Source: Salisapilia sapeloensis CBS 127946
Lineage: Eukaryota; Protista; Oomycota
Length of the DNA: 64,000 nucleotides
Assembly: GCA_023334545.1 (NCBI GenBank)
Contig: JAADVB010000070.1
Coordinates: forward strand, 1-64,000
Reading direction: 5' to 3'
In this document: piece by piece, positions 10,288 to 22,118 of the stretch
Numbering within the stretch: position 1 is the first letter of the stretch
How the letters are laid out: every line of letters starts with the position of its first letter
Position numbers and translations under genes: made by a program
The notes under the pieces: model-generated
Seen by the model: the letters and a program-made list of their open reading frames with translations, nothing else
The model's database searches: none
What the model was told of the DNA's origin: nothing

Positions 10288-12948
10288 GTAGCTGAGACTG
10301 CTATGCACCCTGCACACTACCTTCGTACATTACAGCTACTCTAGCTAAAAGTTTACTTCATCCACGTGTAGCTGAACACAATTTTATACTTTCATAATAC
10401 ATACGTGTTGCCTTCGTACTTTAGATGGTTCGATTTTTTGTCGAGCTAGATAGATGCAAATAAGATCTTAATAGAGTGATGGGCACGATCTTTTATTCTA
10501 ATGGAACGTGTGAGTGCTTTCTTCTCGAACACGTACCCCGAATGGTGTTTCACCAAGTTTCCACTACGATGCTTTCTTGAACAAAAATGAAGTACCGTGC
10601 TTTAGACACTCTCGCTGGACTGCTAATGTAGCATTAGAGGCATGCCAGTCAACATTTGATTTATGATGGTGCAACAGTGCCGTTGCTTTGTTGAAAGTCG
10701 ACCATTTAAAGCTCCTGATGAAGATTTATGCTGCGACAGCATGGGGAGTTACCTGAGAAAAGCACGCTAGTCGATCATGACTGTCGCTCGAGGTAATCTT
10801 GCTCGACCAGAATTTAAAAGAGTCCCTGTCGCAAGACACAGCAAGATTGACATGAAACTGACTTGTATGAACTGACATGTACGTGAAGTAGACTAGATGA
10901 CTGATCCGTGATGCAATGTCTACGTGTTTTTTGATCTGGTGTGAGCTCAGGACAGCAAGATACATGCTTACGTAACTAGATAGTTACTCATTGGGTGCTT
11001 TCAAAAATGTTGGTTCCAACACTCCTGTTTGTCATATTGATTGCGTCGACAGTAGGATTGTTTAGCTATAAAGTCTATTCTACTCAAACTTTCTTATGGC
11101 GCTTAATTAAACCACCAGACTCAAATCCCAGACATCTAAGTGTAAATTATAGCCTACCAAAAATGAATTCACGAACAATACGATACGAAGTAGACTTTGC
11201 TGAGTAGTTCTCGGAACGGTAGAAGTAATAAAATCTCATCGGACTTACGGTATTTTGAAGGATGATGGATGGAAGAGTAAATTGACTGCAGTTTATAGAC
11301 TTTGCTCGTTCCACAGTGTATTTCTTACCTAGCTTTTATGCTCTCTTCTTTATCCACATTTACGTATCGTACTCCTTTCGGACCTGTCGGCTATCTTCCC
11401 AATCTAAAGTCCCAGCCACTCTTACTTTCGAGTCTTGTACAAAATTACTCATTCTCCGAATTCCCACCTCGGCTACAAGTTTCCACGGTAGCCCATCGCG
11501 CAAGACTTCTCGACGACCCGGTTTTCCTGGAAGTCTCTTCTTCGCCAAAGTGTACCGACCAACCGGAGGGAGTTCGAAGTGTGGCTGAAATGTCTTGCAT
11601 TTAACAAAACTGGCAAGGCAACCTGAAGGAGTCGACATACGAAGGCAGCTAACAATTGACGTTTCGACGACCGAAATGAACAGAATAAGATGCACGGAGC
11701 GAAGATATGCGAGCGCTAAGGTGGGATGGTTGGAGATATACATATCAAAAGAGGACGACGTGGGTATTGTGAGGGATTCATGTGGGCGAAATCCTATGCG
11801 GCACATGTGCTGCAGGTATGCGTACCCAATCACATCCATATATTGTTGGGCACACACGGGATACCAATACGGATGCCAGTGCTCTTTTGTTTTGGCTTAG
11901 AATAGCCGGTAGTCGGTAAATATAAACGGAAATTATAATATGAAGTCTATTGTAGCATCGAGTTTATTTTACCCGATTGAATCAGTACCAGTACACTATT
12001 TTAATTCCGTCGCGTCTATACAAAAAATGAATATTGCTGAGATGAGTATGCATAAATATCGTAGAATCTCAAACCTTGCATAAGCTTACCAAGGCTGTCT
12101 CGAGCAGCACTTAAAATGATTTGATTTCATTATACTGTCCCTATATGCGGACAGGTTTGTCCGCAGTACTGTATCCAACCTAGTCATCTGAGATGGTTTT
12201 GTAAGGCCTTCAAAAGCCTTGATGAAAGCTCACTAAGACTGTCTATTAGCCTAGTCAAGATAGTAAGCTATAGTATCCATAGTCGGTAAATGACCATTTG
12301 ACTTGTTGAATCCTTTGACTGTCTGCTAGCAAGTCTTCTACATTTTGTAATAAATTTCCCTTAAGCTTTTCACACAGGAGGCTGCTCGTGAGCGTGGGTT
12401 TGATACCGCAGGCAATGAGAGACAAAAACGAAATATACTGCTATTATCGGCATCATTCGAGAGCCACATCTGAACCTAGGTTTCCATTCATCTACGAGAT
12501 TGTCCATGGAGGACCTTCGTAAATATTACTTTATACATTGAAAACAGAGCTGCATTCGATCGACAATGGCATCGGCACACAAATGAATATATTTCTCTAT
12601 ATGTTTTATAGTCATATTACGGGTCAATAAGCAGGATCAGTCGCATTAATATGAATACGTCAGCTACCTAGAGGTATGCGACGAAGCGCACCCGTGCGAC
12701 GCTCTCACACGTATTCATAAAAAAAGGTGTATATAAATGAAGTGGATTGCGTGGTAGGAAGTAAACGCAGCAACATGCTCTTGTAAACAAATGGTAGCGA
12801 AAGGGACATGATCTTGGTAGAAAAAAATAGATTTATCTTTAACTGCTTTTACCCAAACAGCTCAGTCTGTTCAAGCCTATCTTCTTTTTATGCCCTATGC
12901 TTTCTCAGTGGCAGTATTTCGACCATCTAGCAACAGACTTTTGCCGAC

Positions 12949-14271
12949 TTATAAATCCTTGAGCTCAATTCCAATCGGTACGTGGTCACTACCAGTCACA
13001 AGCCCTCGGATAAACGCAGATTCCTACATGTACACGTCAGGAAGTCACTTAACACGGGAAAAAGCTCAATACGTACGACATGCGGTAATAACGACTTGGA
13101 TGTCACGAAGTAGTCCAATCTCCATCCCTTGTTCTTTTCTCTCGCCTTGAACCGGTACGAAAAGTAGGAGAACTGTTTCGTGTCCGGATGGAAATGGCGG
13201 TACGTGTCGACAAACCCTTTGCTCAACAACCCTCCGAAGCTCTCTCGCTCGGCATCAGTAAAGCCAGCGCTTTTATTTCGCTTTTCACAACTGTCAGAGT
13301 CTTTTCATCCGTATTGGTCAAAGCAGAATAGCTTACGTTTGAGACAGGGTCATGGATATCAATCTCTTCGTGCGCGACATTCAGGTCACCACCAAAAACC
13401 ACTGGCTTGGACTTTTCCAACTCTTGGAGCATGGAAAAGAGAGACACGTCCCATTCCTTCGTACGATAGTCGAGACGAACGAGACCAGCGCCACTGTTCG
13501 GTACCTACTCCCACGCGTCAATACACTACGTACAATATGGGCAGTAGTGGGCATACATAAGTGTGAACGAGCCAGAATTTGGGGTACTCGAGAGCGAGAA
13601 ATCGACCTTCATCCTGCACTTGGTCGCTCACAAGCAGCTCATGCTTGACGGTTAGAGGCTCCGTCTTGCTGAACACGGCTGTTCCAGAGTACCCTAGAAG
13701 GCAGGTGTTAGCCGTTGGGAACAATAGGATATTGTACCATGCGTACCTTTCTTGGTGGCGCATGACCAGTACTGGTGCTTGTAGTCTGGCAAAAAATCCT
13801 CAATCTAGTCTTGATGAGCGATATGGGCATAGCTGTATATATCTTTCGGTCTACCTTTTTCAATTCGTCCGAACAGATCTTTGTTTCTCCAATACAAAAG
13901 ACGTCAGGGTCCTCCTGCTTCACGTACGCTCGGATATGAGCACCCGCCTCCTTTTTGAGCATCGCTCGTAATCCATTGACATTCCATGCCACAATCTTCC
14001 AATTCTTCGGATCGCTCTTCGAATTGGATGGGACGCCTTCGAATTGTGGATAAGCTGCCACTTTGTCCTGTAATTCCTTGGAAATACCACTCGATGGTTT
14101 TGGACGACTCAGTTGACTACTTTTTGGCGCGAACAAGGCGTTCCATGCCGACTTGTCCGTCGTGGCAGCCTTGTCGGTCTTGGCAGCCTTGGCCGGTGGT
14201 TTCGGAGAGTCGGAAGCTTTGGATGCGTCTTTCAAAGCAGCCGCCACTCGTTTACTCTTGCGTGTACTCAT
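12949..14271 (-). CDS. APE1: AP endonuclease / exonuclease III family (6 exons)
   Basis: Exons carry WNVNG, IGETK, GYSGTA, TYVPN, GDLNVAH, WRLDYF and SDH motifs. Inferred introns: 13805-13854, 13694-13746, 13505-13556, 13281-13336 and 13024-13076, all GT..AG and frame-preserving. Confidence 0.93.
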
Positions 14272-14525
14272 GAGACTGGACAAAGACAATGGCTGCCCGT
14301 TTCCTGCTTGATGCGAAGAAGAGTGGAAAGCTATGATCCAGCGAGATGCCACGTCAGCCTCGTCGTTTGATTGGCCTGTCGCTCCCTTCAGATGGGTACA
14401 TTCCATATCGCATGAACGGGCACAGTTTGATTGCAATATATTTTGGACAAGGTTTATGAAAAACATACACAAAAGTTAGGGTAGGAGCTCGAGGTAAAAT
14501 ACATTCAGTCGAGGTAGGTGTTAGG

Positions 14526-17081
14526 ATGGAGTCTGGGGAGAGCCAAGAGGAGGATGCTAGTGCGGAAATGTACGACAAGGAGAGAGAGCAGCGGCAATAT
14601 AGCAGTCGAAATTTCAGACGCCGAGATGATACCAAACGCAAGTATAATGCACTGAAAGATAAATTACGAGCGACGCAAGAGGAGCTCGGGACCAAGATGA
14701 GGGAATTGCAGACATACGAGACACATTACGCCAAGCAAAAGAAGGACGTACGTCGTTGGAAGAAAAAGTTTGATTATGTCTTTCGAGAGAATGAGCTGCT
14801 GTCTCATGAAGCAAAGAAACTGAATCAAGCGCATCGACAGATCCAGTATCAGGAGAAGCTCAAGTCGTTTAAAGAGGAGGAGAATCGAGCGTTAAAGCGA
14901 CTGGTGAAAGGCTTCGAGTCGGCACTCAAGCGAGAGAAGAAGCAAAAGGATAAATTGAATCATGAGCTGCAGCAAGCTCGAGACCAAGTCCGAGCGAGCG
15001 AAGAGTCTGTCGCGATCCTCCAGCAGTCGCAAGCCAGCATCGACTTGAATAACTCCAAGTCGGAAGAAGACTGGTCGAACCAGATCGCTCAGGACGAATA
15101 CGACAACCTGAAGCATCAGTTGGAGCAGGAAAAGCAGCAGCGGCAGTACATGCGAGACGAATTGAATGGCGAAATCGAGTCTCTTCGGAACGAATTAGAC
15201 ATGGCAAAGCAGGAAGTGTCCAGTCACAAGGATGACAACCAGCGTCGAGAGGAGAAGCTGAAGGCTTCTTACGACCGCGTGAAAGAACTGGAGCAGCAGT
15301 TGCAAGAAGCATCGGACTCTCACCTCCAGCAGCTGCAAGACAAGCAGGAGCAGATCGCCCAAATTGAGACGGAGCTAAGTGATCTTCGAGTCCAAGCAGA
15401 GTCGAACAAGCAAGGTCCGGGCTTTGATCCTACAGACGACGGTGAAGAGGACGATGCAGACGAGAAGGACGATGACCGTGAAAACGAAGAGGAAGACGAC
15501 AGGAGTGTAAACGATTGCGATGATAGGGAAGAAGCTGTATTCGACGACGACAACAGGAGTGAGAGGGACGATTCGGACCCTAGCACTCCGCCTGGTACGC
15601 CTCCACGTGTGTCGGAGGAATCCATCTTCCGGACGTTTGATCCGTACGAAGATCAGGTCATCCAGGACTGGGAGAACGACAAGAGTATCCAAGCTGCAGC
15701 ATCTGGGGAAGTGGATATGGATCGACTGCAGGCATTCTTCGACTACCTTCCGCCAGACAATCGCGCCGGCGTGCGACAGATACTGGAACAAGCTCTCTTA
15801 TCCGACTTGGACGCACCGCTCGCATCCGACATGCAGATCCTGTTACCTGACATGCCCAAGATTGGAAGGGAAGAGTTGAAGGAGTACGTCATTCCTCGTC
15901 TCAAGGCACACAAACAGCTTCGAGTGACGTTGTCGACACTTGAGAGACGTACTGTCGTGACCGACGTGCGTTTGAAATTGGAGAGGAGAGAGGATGGGAA
16001 TCTAGACATGGCACGAAAGGACTTTGGACACGACCACGAGTTCTACGGTCCGTCCAGCGTCGACCCGACCAAGCAGGTAAAGCATACGAAGCGAGTGATC
16101 AGTGGTACAGATAAACCTTCCTATGTGTCGTACCCGATGGAAGAGGAATCGGCAGATGAGGCTCCTCCGCAGCCATCCTTGTTTGAAGAAGCACCTCCGT
16201 CCGACGATGGGAACGATGTATCGACGCCTGGCAGTCAGTCGAAAAGCAGCAACGCGACTGTGCCAGCAACACCTGTACCGACTATCTCCAAGGGAGGATC
16301 AGGTCTCTTCGGAGCCTTCACCAAGCTCCGGGCGGCCACTCGGTTCGTCCAGACGTCCTCGACGCAGGAAAAAATCGAGCACACTGGTACGACATGCCAG
16401 TACTGTAAACAGTCTCCGATCATCGGTGGTCTGTACTCTTGTGCGACGTGTGTCAACCTAGATTTGTGTGAAAACTGCTATGCTTTGGGTGGCCACGGTC
16501 TCGAGAACTCGGACGAGCTCTTCCATCGCGTGCAGGACCTTGCGCTCAATCGATGCGTGAGTCTGCAGGAAGAGGTGGAAATGCTCGAGCTTCTACGCTT
16601 TGAGATTTGCAAGAGCAATTTACGTAAATTTGCATTCGTGCTCAATTGGTTGGCAGATGTCGTCAACGGGAAGAGCAGTAAGGATCTACAGGCACGAGCA
16701 CTGGAGATCCCGAACGTCCGTCGAGACGTTCGAAAGGAGTTCGTGCCACAATTGCTGGAAGTCTGTTCTGTCCGGCAAGATATCGAGATTCGAGTCGAGT
16801 GGGAATTGGAGAGTGACAACAACGCGCAAGCGCACAGCGCTATACGAGACAATGAAGACGCGAATGGCGACGGAGCGTTCTTGGAGACACTGCGCATCTG
16901 GGTGGCAGATCAGTACCGCACAACTTCCCCTTTTGTCGAGAGGAGCTTGCAGAGGTATCGGGATGGAGAAGTGGACAAAGTAGAAGTAGAAAGGAAGAAC
17001 ACAGTCGGGACGATGGACGAAGAGGGTGTGGAGGATGTGGTCGGGAGCAACGTCAAGTACGCTGCGAGTGAAGAGCTGTAG
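14526..17081 (+). CDS. Coiled-coil protein with acidic linker and ZZ-type zinc finger
   Basis: 851-aa ORF with a long N-terminal coiled coil and a D/E-rich tract. CQYCKQSPIIGGLYSCATCVNLDLCENCY matches the ZZ-finger pattern. Head-to-head with APE1 (254-nt gap). Confidence 0.85.
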   Translation: MESGESQEEDASAEMYDKEREQRQYSSRNFRRRDDTKRKYNALKDKLRATQEELGTKMRELQTYETHYAKQKKDVRRWKKKFDYVFRENELLSHEAKKLNQAHRQIQYQEKLKSFKEEENRALKRLVKGFESALKREKKQKDKLNHELQQARDQVRASEESVAILQQSQASIDLNNSKSEEDWSNQIAQDEYDNLKHQLEQEKQQRQYMRDELNGEIESLRNELDMAKQEVSSHKDDNQRREEKLKASYDRVKELEQQLQEASDSHLQQLQDKQEQIAQIETELSDLRVQAESNKQGPGFDPTDDGEEDDADEKDDDRENEEEDDRSVNDCDDREEAVFDDDNRSERDDSDPSTPPGTPPRVSEESIFRTFDPYEDQVIQDWENDKSIQAAASGEVDMDRLQAFFDYLPPDNRAGVRQILEQALLSDLDAPLASDMQILLPDMPKIGREELKEYVIPRLKAHKQLRVTLSTLERRTVVTDVRLKLERREDGNLDMARKDFGHDHEFYGPSSVDPTKQVKHTKRVISGTDKPSYVSYPMEEESADEAPPQPSLFEEAPPSDDGNDVSTPGSQSKSSNATVPATPVPTISKGGSGLFGAFTKLRAATRFVQTSSTQEKIEHTGTTCQYCKQSPIIGGLYSCATCVNLDLCENCYALGGHGLENSDELFHRVQDLALNRCVSLQEEVEMLELLRFEICKSNLRKFAFVLNWLADVVNGKSSKDLQARALEIPNVRRDVRKEFVPQLLEVCSVRQDIEIRVEWELESDNNAQAHSAIRDNEDANGDGAFLETLRIWVADQYRTTSPFVERSLQRYRDGEVDKVEVERKNTVGTMDEEGVEDVVGSNVKYAASEEL

Positions 17082-17102
17082 TCAAAATACATTTAAATCG
17101 TC

Positions 17103-19045
17103 TCATTCGTCTGCACTTATCTCTTCCTCTCGAATCCACTTTTGAAGGTCCAGTAAGTCCACGTTGATACTTTCTTCTTCACACGATGTCTCATGCATGA
17201 CAAGATCTCTCTTCACTGCACAGCGTCGACCGCAACGGCTACAGCGTAAACCTTCTTTCATCACGGATATCATGTACTCTAACTTTGCATGTTCTGTCGC
17301 TTGTTTCATCATTTTCTTTTCGATAAACTTGGTCTCCAGCACTCGTTTCTTGCCTAGAAGCCAAAAGAGGAGACCGTGGCTTTGGACGATAAGCTGCGAG
17401 ATTCCTCCAGATAGGAACATGGAACTCGCTGGAGCAAGGCTGGAACTGGATGGGGTTTGACGCTTCCACCAATTTTCCAGCTCTTGGCAATCCACAGACC
17501 CATCGTGGTCTTTGTCCAACTCCTCAAACATGCGGCGTACTTGGACATCCGTGAGAGGCGGAAGCTGAACCTGTCTATTTGTATGGGAACGTTGCTTCGC
17601 GTTCCCTTTCAAGTACTCCTTCCGGAGATATGACAGCATCAAGTGAAACTCGTCAATGTCCAGAGTACCAGAGCCATCGAGGTCAAAAGCGTGAAAGCAC
17701 TGCCGCAGTCTCTTTGTATCTGCGTCGACGTTTTCATCCACTACTTTCGATTTAGACACGACTTGGATCTGAGATCGCCAACGCGCCAGCTCACTCTTCA
17801 CCTGGGCTTTGCCGTAATTAGTCTTTAGGTAGATGGAGAATTCTACTTGCACGTTGTGCTGAATCTGTGTCAACTGCTCAAGCTCTTCTTTCATGCGGCA
17901 AGCATTAATAAATCTCTTCCTACGAAACCATTCTGGACACCAGAAGAGGTGCACAAAGAGACAAATCCTAGTTTTTGCCTCCCAACGGTACAAATGAACT
18001 CGGCGCTGAAGTTCAATATATCTTCTTCGTTTCAGCCGTCGATAGTAAGCGCCCACTTTCCGAGCAATGCAAACGCGTGCAGCTTGTCGAATAACGGCAA
18101 AATCAATCCAACTTTCCACTTCCGACTTGAGCACTGGTACTAGGATGTGCTCTCTCCATTGCGCGTGTCTTCGAAATTGCCTTTGAATACAAATTGCTGC
18201 TCTATGGCGCTTGAGGAATCCTTTGTGTAGAAGAGGTATGCCAAAGCGACGTAGGAAGCGTATTTTGACTGCAAGATGCCGAAGTTTAGCAAGTAGGTCC
18301 AGCCTATAGACCATTTTTCGATAGACCTGGCTAACTGCTTGTTGTCCGATATGGGCTTCATAGGAATATGGATACAGTTTATCGCAAGGACTGCTTACTG
18401 GGGAATTTAATTTATATCGTACGGATGTAAGGGAATGAAGCAACTGGTCTTCTCGACAGCTATATCGTGACGCACTCAGCGGTCGTGCCAATAGAGATCG
18501 TACTTCATTTTCCCATATATTCCCTTCCATTTTACTTGCAATGTGGTTTGAGAGAGTGCTCGCCATCTACATTCGTCCGTCAAACGAGCAACGTTAAAAT
18601 ATGATTCAATACAGGACATCCAAATCCTTTGTACCTCGGACGATATCAGATCGGTAACGGGAGGCAAGGTATTTGTCCCAGACTTCCTTTTTAGCTTCTG
18701 GCTGCTTTTCAGGTTCATTCTTTGATTATCGGAACCGAATGATGTGTCAGTGGGATGACAATCAGTATAAGTTCGAGGAGCACATGTTTCACTGTGTCTA
18801 TCAATGAAAGCTACGACTTCCTCCACTTCTTGTTGCCATTTAGCTATAAGCTGTCGATACGACAGCTTCACACCTTTTCTCTTGGGTGACTGGATCACCG
18901 GGTCCAATGTTGCCAGCGATCGCTTGAGCTCTTCATCGGTTTTTGGATGAGGCCTCTTTCTTAAAGGCAGACGCAACGGTGAGGTTGCAAGCCTCTCTGA
19001 TAGTGAAGGTACCCTTGCCAGATTCGTACCATCTTTCGATGCCAT
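17103..19045 (-). CDS. IQ-motif / EF-hand protein with C-terminal C2HC-like finger (probably 2 exons; intron 18460-18503)
   Basis: IQ-like AAICIQRQFRRH; EF-hand loops DLDGSGTLDIDE and DKDHDGSVDCQE; CSRC-x12-H-x3-C. A 44-nt GTACGA..TATAG intron joins ORFs 18476-19045 and 17103-18566 in frame. The junction is inferred. Confidence 0.7.
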
Positions 19046-19163
19046 TTCGATTTAAATGAAACTACGCAGTCGGTTATAAATATCGAGATGGATACTTTGG
19101 ATCGTTTGGTTGTATGTGGGTTTCCACATCTCATTTAAAGATTTTCTGCAAATTTTTATCGTG

Positions 19164-19617
19164 ATGCGATCTTGCCAGTGGGGGCTACTGATTGCTCTCG
19201 CTATACTGCTCTGTGATATCAACGCTATGGATGGAGGACAAAGAACTGATACTCGTACTGATCATTATAAGCGAACTCCATGCTCGCAGTCGAAATGTAG
19301 TGCTGGCGGCTGTCTGTATGAAAACTGCAAGCACCCAGTCGAATGCGACGGTGGACGGTGTCAATTCAGGTATGCATAATGTCTAAGCGATGCTTTGAAA
19401 GATGGGTTAACGAGCAGGTTGTAGATCTTGCAAGGAGGCATCTTGTGATGGAGGGCTGTGCACATTTGAAAGCGGTGCTCGAGCGACATGTACTGGTGGC
19501 TCTTGCTCATTTAAAAGCATGAAGGAAACGTTATCTAATGGCTACTGCGACGGAGGTGAATGTCTCTTGAATGGACAAAGGCATCCGAGCAATTTTGATC
19601 TGACATTGAGTCAATAA
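19164..19617 (+). CDS. Small secreted Cys/Gly-rich protein with CxGGxC repeats (2 exons; intron 19370-19424)
   Basis: Signal peptide MRSCQWGLLIALAILLCDINA. The spliced product contains CSAGGC, CDGGRC, CDGGLC, CTGGSC and CDGGEC. Exon 2 is missing from the ORF track. Confidence 0.8.
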
Positions 19618-19668
19618 TCCGCGAATAGTGTCAACAAAATGAATTAAAATCATGTTTTGTTCTTATAG

Positions 19669-20592
19669 TTAGTAGTGGATAAGAGGTCGAATGGGCCAGA
19701 CACGTTCAGACTCGAACTCTAGGTCGATAGGAGCGTCAAATATATGAAGGTATTCTTTCAAACTCATGAGCTCGTCTCTACCCATGAGCTTCTTTATGAT
19801 ATCTGGAGACGGAAGGAACGTTTGGTCCGTATTGGAAAGATTCGTAAGACTACGCCGAACGTCATTAGGCATCATTGGACCAATCTTCTTCACAAACTTG
19901 ATCAAATTTAGAAACGTTTCCACTGCTTGTGTTCGCACATTGTCGTCGGTGACTTCATTAGCTTCAGATCGATTTGTTATTGCCAACTTTCTGACGTAGA
20001 AACCTTGGACGATGCGACCAGGATTGTTTTCAGACGACGCGAGGACCTTAATCAGTCCACCATCCATTACTTTCTGCGTCTGAAGTTGATGGCAGATCTG
20101 GATGAACTGCTCCGACGTAGATTCTAAAAACATGACGACATAGTTTTCAATCTGCAAAGCCATTCCTGTCACCTCAAACTCTACGATGGCCATTAATTTT
20201 CCAAAGTACTCTTGAATCTTACGACTGTAGTCGTCATTCCCATTGCCTAGTCTTGCCAGAACGACGGAGCGTGAGATGCCTTCTGAAAACGTGGCTTCAG
20301 GGTCCGATGGACTCGATGCATCGACTTGTTCATTTGATAATGCCAAGCTCGTAGTACTTTTCGCTAGATCGGCTTGAACAGCCTCGACAGGTGCAGGTGG
20401 AGGTTCACGTAGCGTGAGCACCTCCAGCAGAGAAGGTCCCAGCTCAGTGGACACGTCGAAATTGGACACATTTTCCGCTGCTGCCTCGAACGCATCATTT
20501 ACGACAGCTTCATCAGATTTGCTATCGAGTAGCTTGTTATCGCTCTTTCCTCGGTCGCTCAAGCTGTGAGAAGCGTTTGTAGTAGACTGCAT
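19669..20592 (-). CDS. BLUF-like domain protein, TEX47 / DYBLUP / MOT7-type (inferred)
   Basis: VTGMALQIENYVVMFLES and IKVLASSENNPGRIVQGF parallel the BLUF core. The C-terminus FLPSPDIIKKL..LKEYLHIFDAPIDLEFESERVWP resembles the TEX47 family tail. Likely ATG is 20592, because the ORF-track extension overlaps lipase A. Confidence 0.68.
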   Translation of the reverse strand: MQSTTNASHSLSDRGKSDNKLLDSKSDEAVVNDAFEAAAENVSNFDVSTELGPSLLEVLTLREPPPAPVEAVQADLAKSTTSLALSNEQVDASSPSDPEATFSEGISRSVVLARLGNGNDDYSRKIQEYFGKLMAIVEFEVTGMALQIENYVVMFLESTSEQFIQICHQLQTQKVMDGGLIKVLASSENNPGRIVQGFYVRKLAITNRSEANEVTDDNVRTQAVETFLNLIKFVKKIGPMMPNDVRRSLTNLSNTDQTFLPSPDIIKKLMGRDELMSLKEYLHIFDAPIDLEFESERVWPIRPLIHY

Positions 20593-20690
20593 TGGGCTAT
20601 AAGGTACGAATGGAACCAACAGATGAAGGAGAAAGAAATGAAACGGACACGTTTTATTTCTAATGCAGATCTTTCGATACATAGACTCAC

Positions 20691-22118
20691 TTACTCTTCG
20701 TACTCTTGTCGTATCATCATGAACAACCTCTTGTACAGGTCTTTGGCACCTGCGTCCCAGTGTGTTCCAGTGAGGTGGTTCCCGTCGACTCGATAGACAT
20801 GCCACCGACCTTTTATAAAGCGCTGTGTATCGTCCATAGCATGCATTGCATCAATTGATATATGGGACGCATGTCGAGCCATCTCATTCTCCTCAAGAGA
20901 CGAGTTTGAAGCTGAAGGTGGGATCTCCCCATTTGGCTCATCTGTTAAAATTGCCTGGTTTCGTGTCGGCTTCAAAGCTTGAGGCAAGTCTGATGGCTTT
21001 GGCAACCACGGTCTCAGCATGGATTGGATGTTGACTGCTCCATCATTATGCACCCATTCATCCGGCTTAAATCCGTCAAATATCAGATGAAGCGACTTTG
21101 CACAGCGCTGCATCAATAGCGCGAGACCATGCATCGTCGGTATTTTGGCGAAATCTAGATGGCGCAATCGGCGGTACAGAAACAGCGAAAGCATAGTTAT
21201 GACGGTGAGACGCGTAGAGAGTCGTCGAGGAAATTTAAAAGTTCCAGAGCCGACGAGCGCGAGGACAACTAACGCTTCGACAATGGGTATATGGGCGTAT
21301 TGAGGGGACGTGGTGATGCTTAGTAGGTACAACTTGTGCATATGGGATAGCTGTTTGTTTCGATTGATTCGAAAGGCAGGTAAGATGTCAAATACAGCAA
21401 AGTCGCCGTTTGATCTGACGCCAATTTCTGTACTAGCGAGATCCTTTAGGCACCAGTTATCCCACTGGTCCATCCGGAGATCGTATAGACCTCGCAACAG
21501 AGGTAATCGTCGGTAGAGTTTGTGCCAGCTACCACATGCTGCTGCGAATGCGTGTGCAAAACTAATTGGTGGGATTTCTTTGGAATGTAGACCACATAGA
21601 TGCGGTAAAAGCGATCCGGTGAGCGGACCGGCAATGGAGACGATGCTTCGAACCCATGATGCATCACTTCCGACGTTGAAAAAGTCACGACAAAGTAGTT
21701 GGTACAACTCTAGAGCGGCAGTAGCACCCATGCTATGCCCAATCAAATGAACGGGGTTTGCACTACTCCACAAAGGGTGGAGTGGAGTGGCGTAGTGGAC
21801 ACCGTATCGGAGATGACCACAGCTTTTCGCATGCTCAGCTCCGTAGTCCACAGTGCCTCCGTGCAACTGGTAGAAAGTTTCACATGCACGATCATGGTCC
21901 GAAGCGATGATGCCAAGACTCACAATGCAATGGTTATCATTCAAATCTCGTAGAGTCTGCTCCGGCCAGTAAGGAGCAGCGTAATTCCACAGAGGATGGT
22001 CTCGGCCGTACCCAAAGGCTCCTACGATAAAACGTAGCTTGAGTATACATATTGTAGGTTATAGCAGAAAAATTGAACCGTGGATGAGTACGACGGGATG
22101 TTTGGTAGACACTGGCAT
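20691..22118 (-). CDS. Lipase A, alpha/beta hydrolase related to staphylococcal-type lipases (2 exons; intron 22022-22078)
   Basis: HPVVLIHG|AFGYG, SDHDRACE, GGTVDYG; nucleophile GHSMG; acid HNDG; His GNHL. Confidence 0.9.

Noticed and set aside
10995-11900. Cluster of overlapping short ORFs, one with a hydrophobic N-terminus
   Set aside because: No consistent splice model or recognisable domain could be built by eye.
20593-20805. N-terminal extension of ORF 19669-20805
   Set aside because: It overlaps the lipase A 3' end in another frame and starts at a non-ATG codon. ATG 20592 is the more plausible start.
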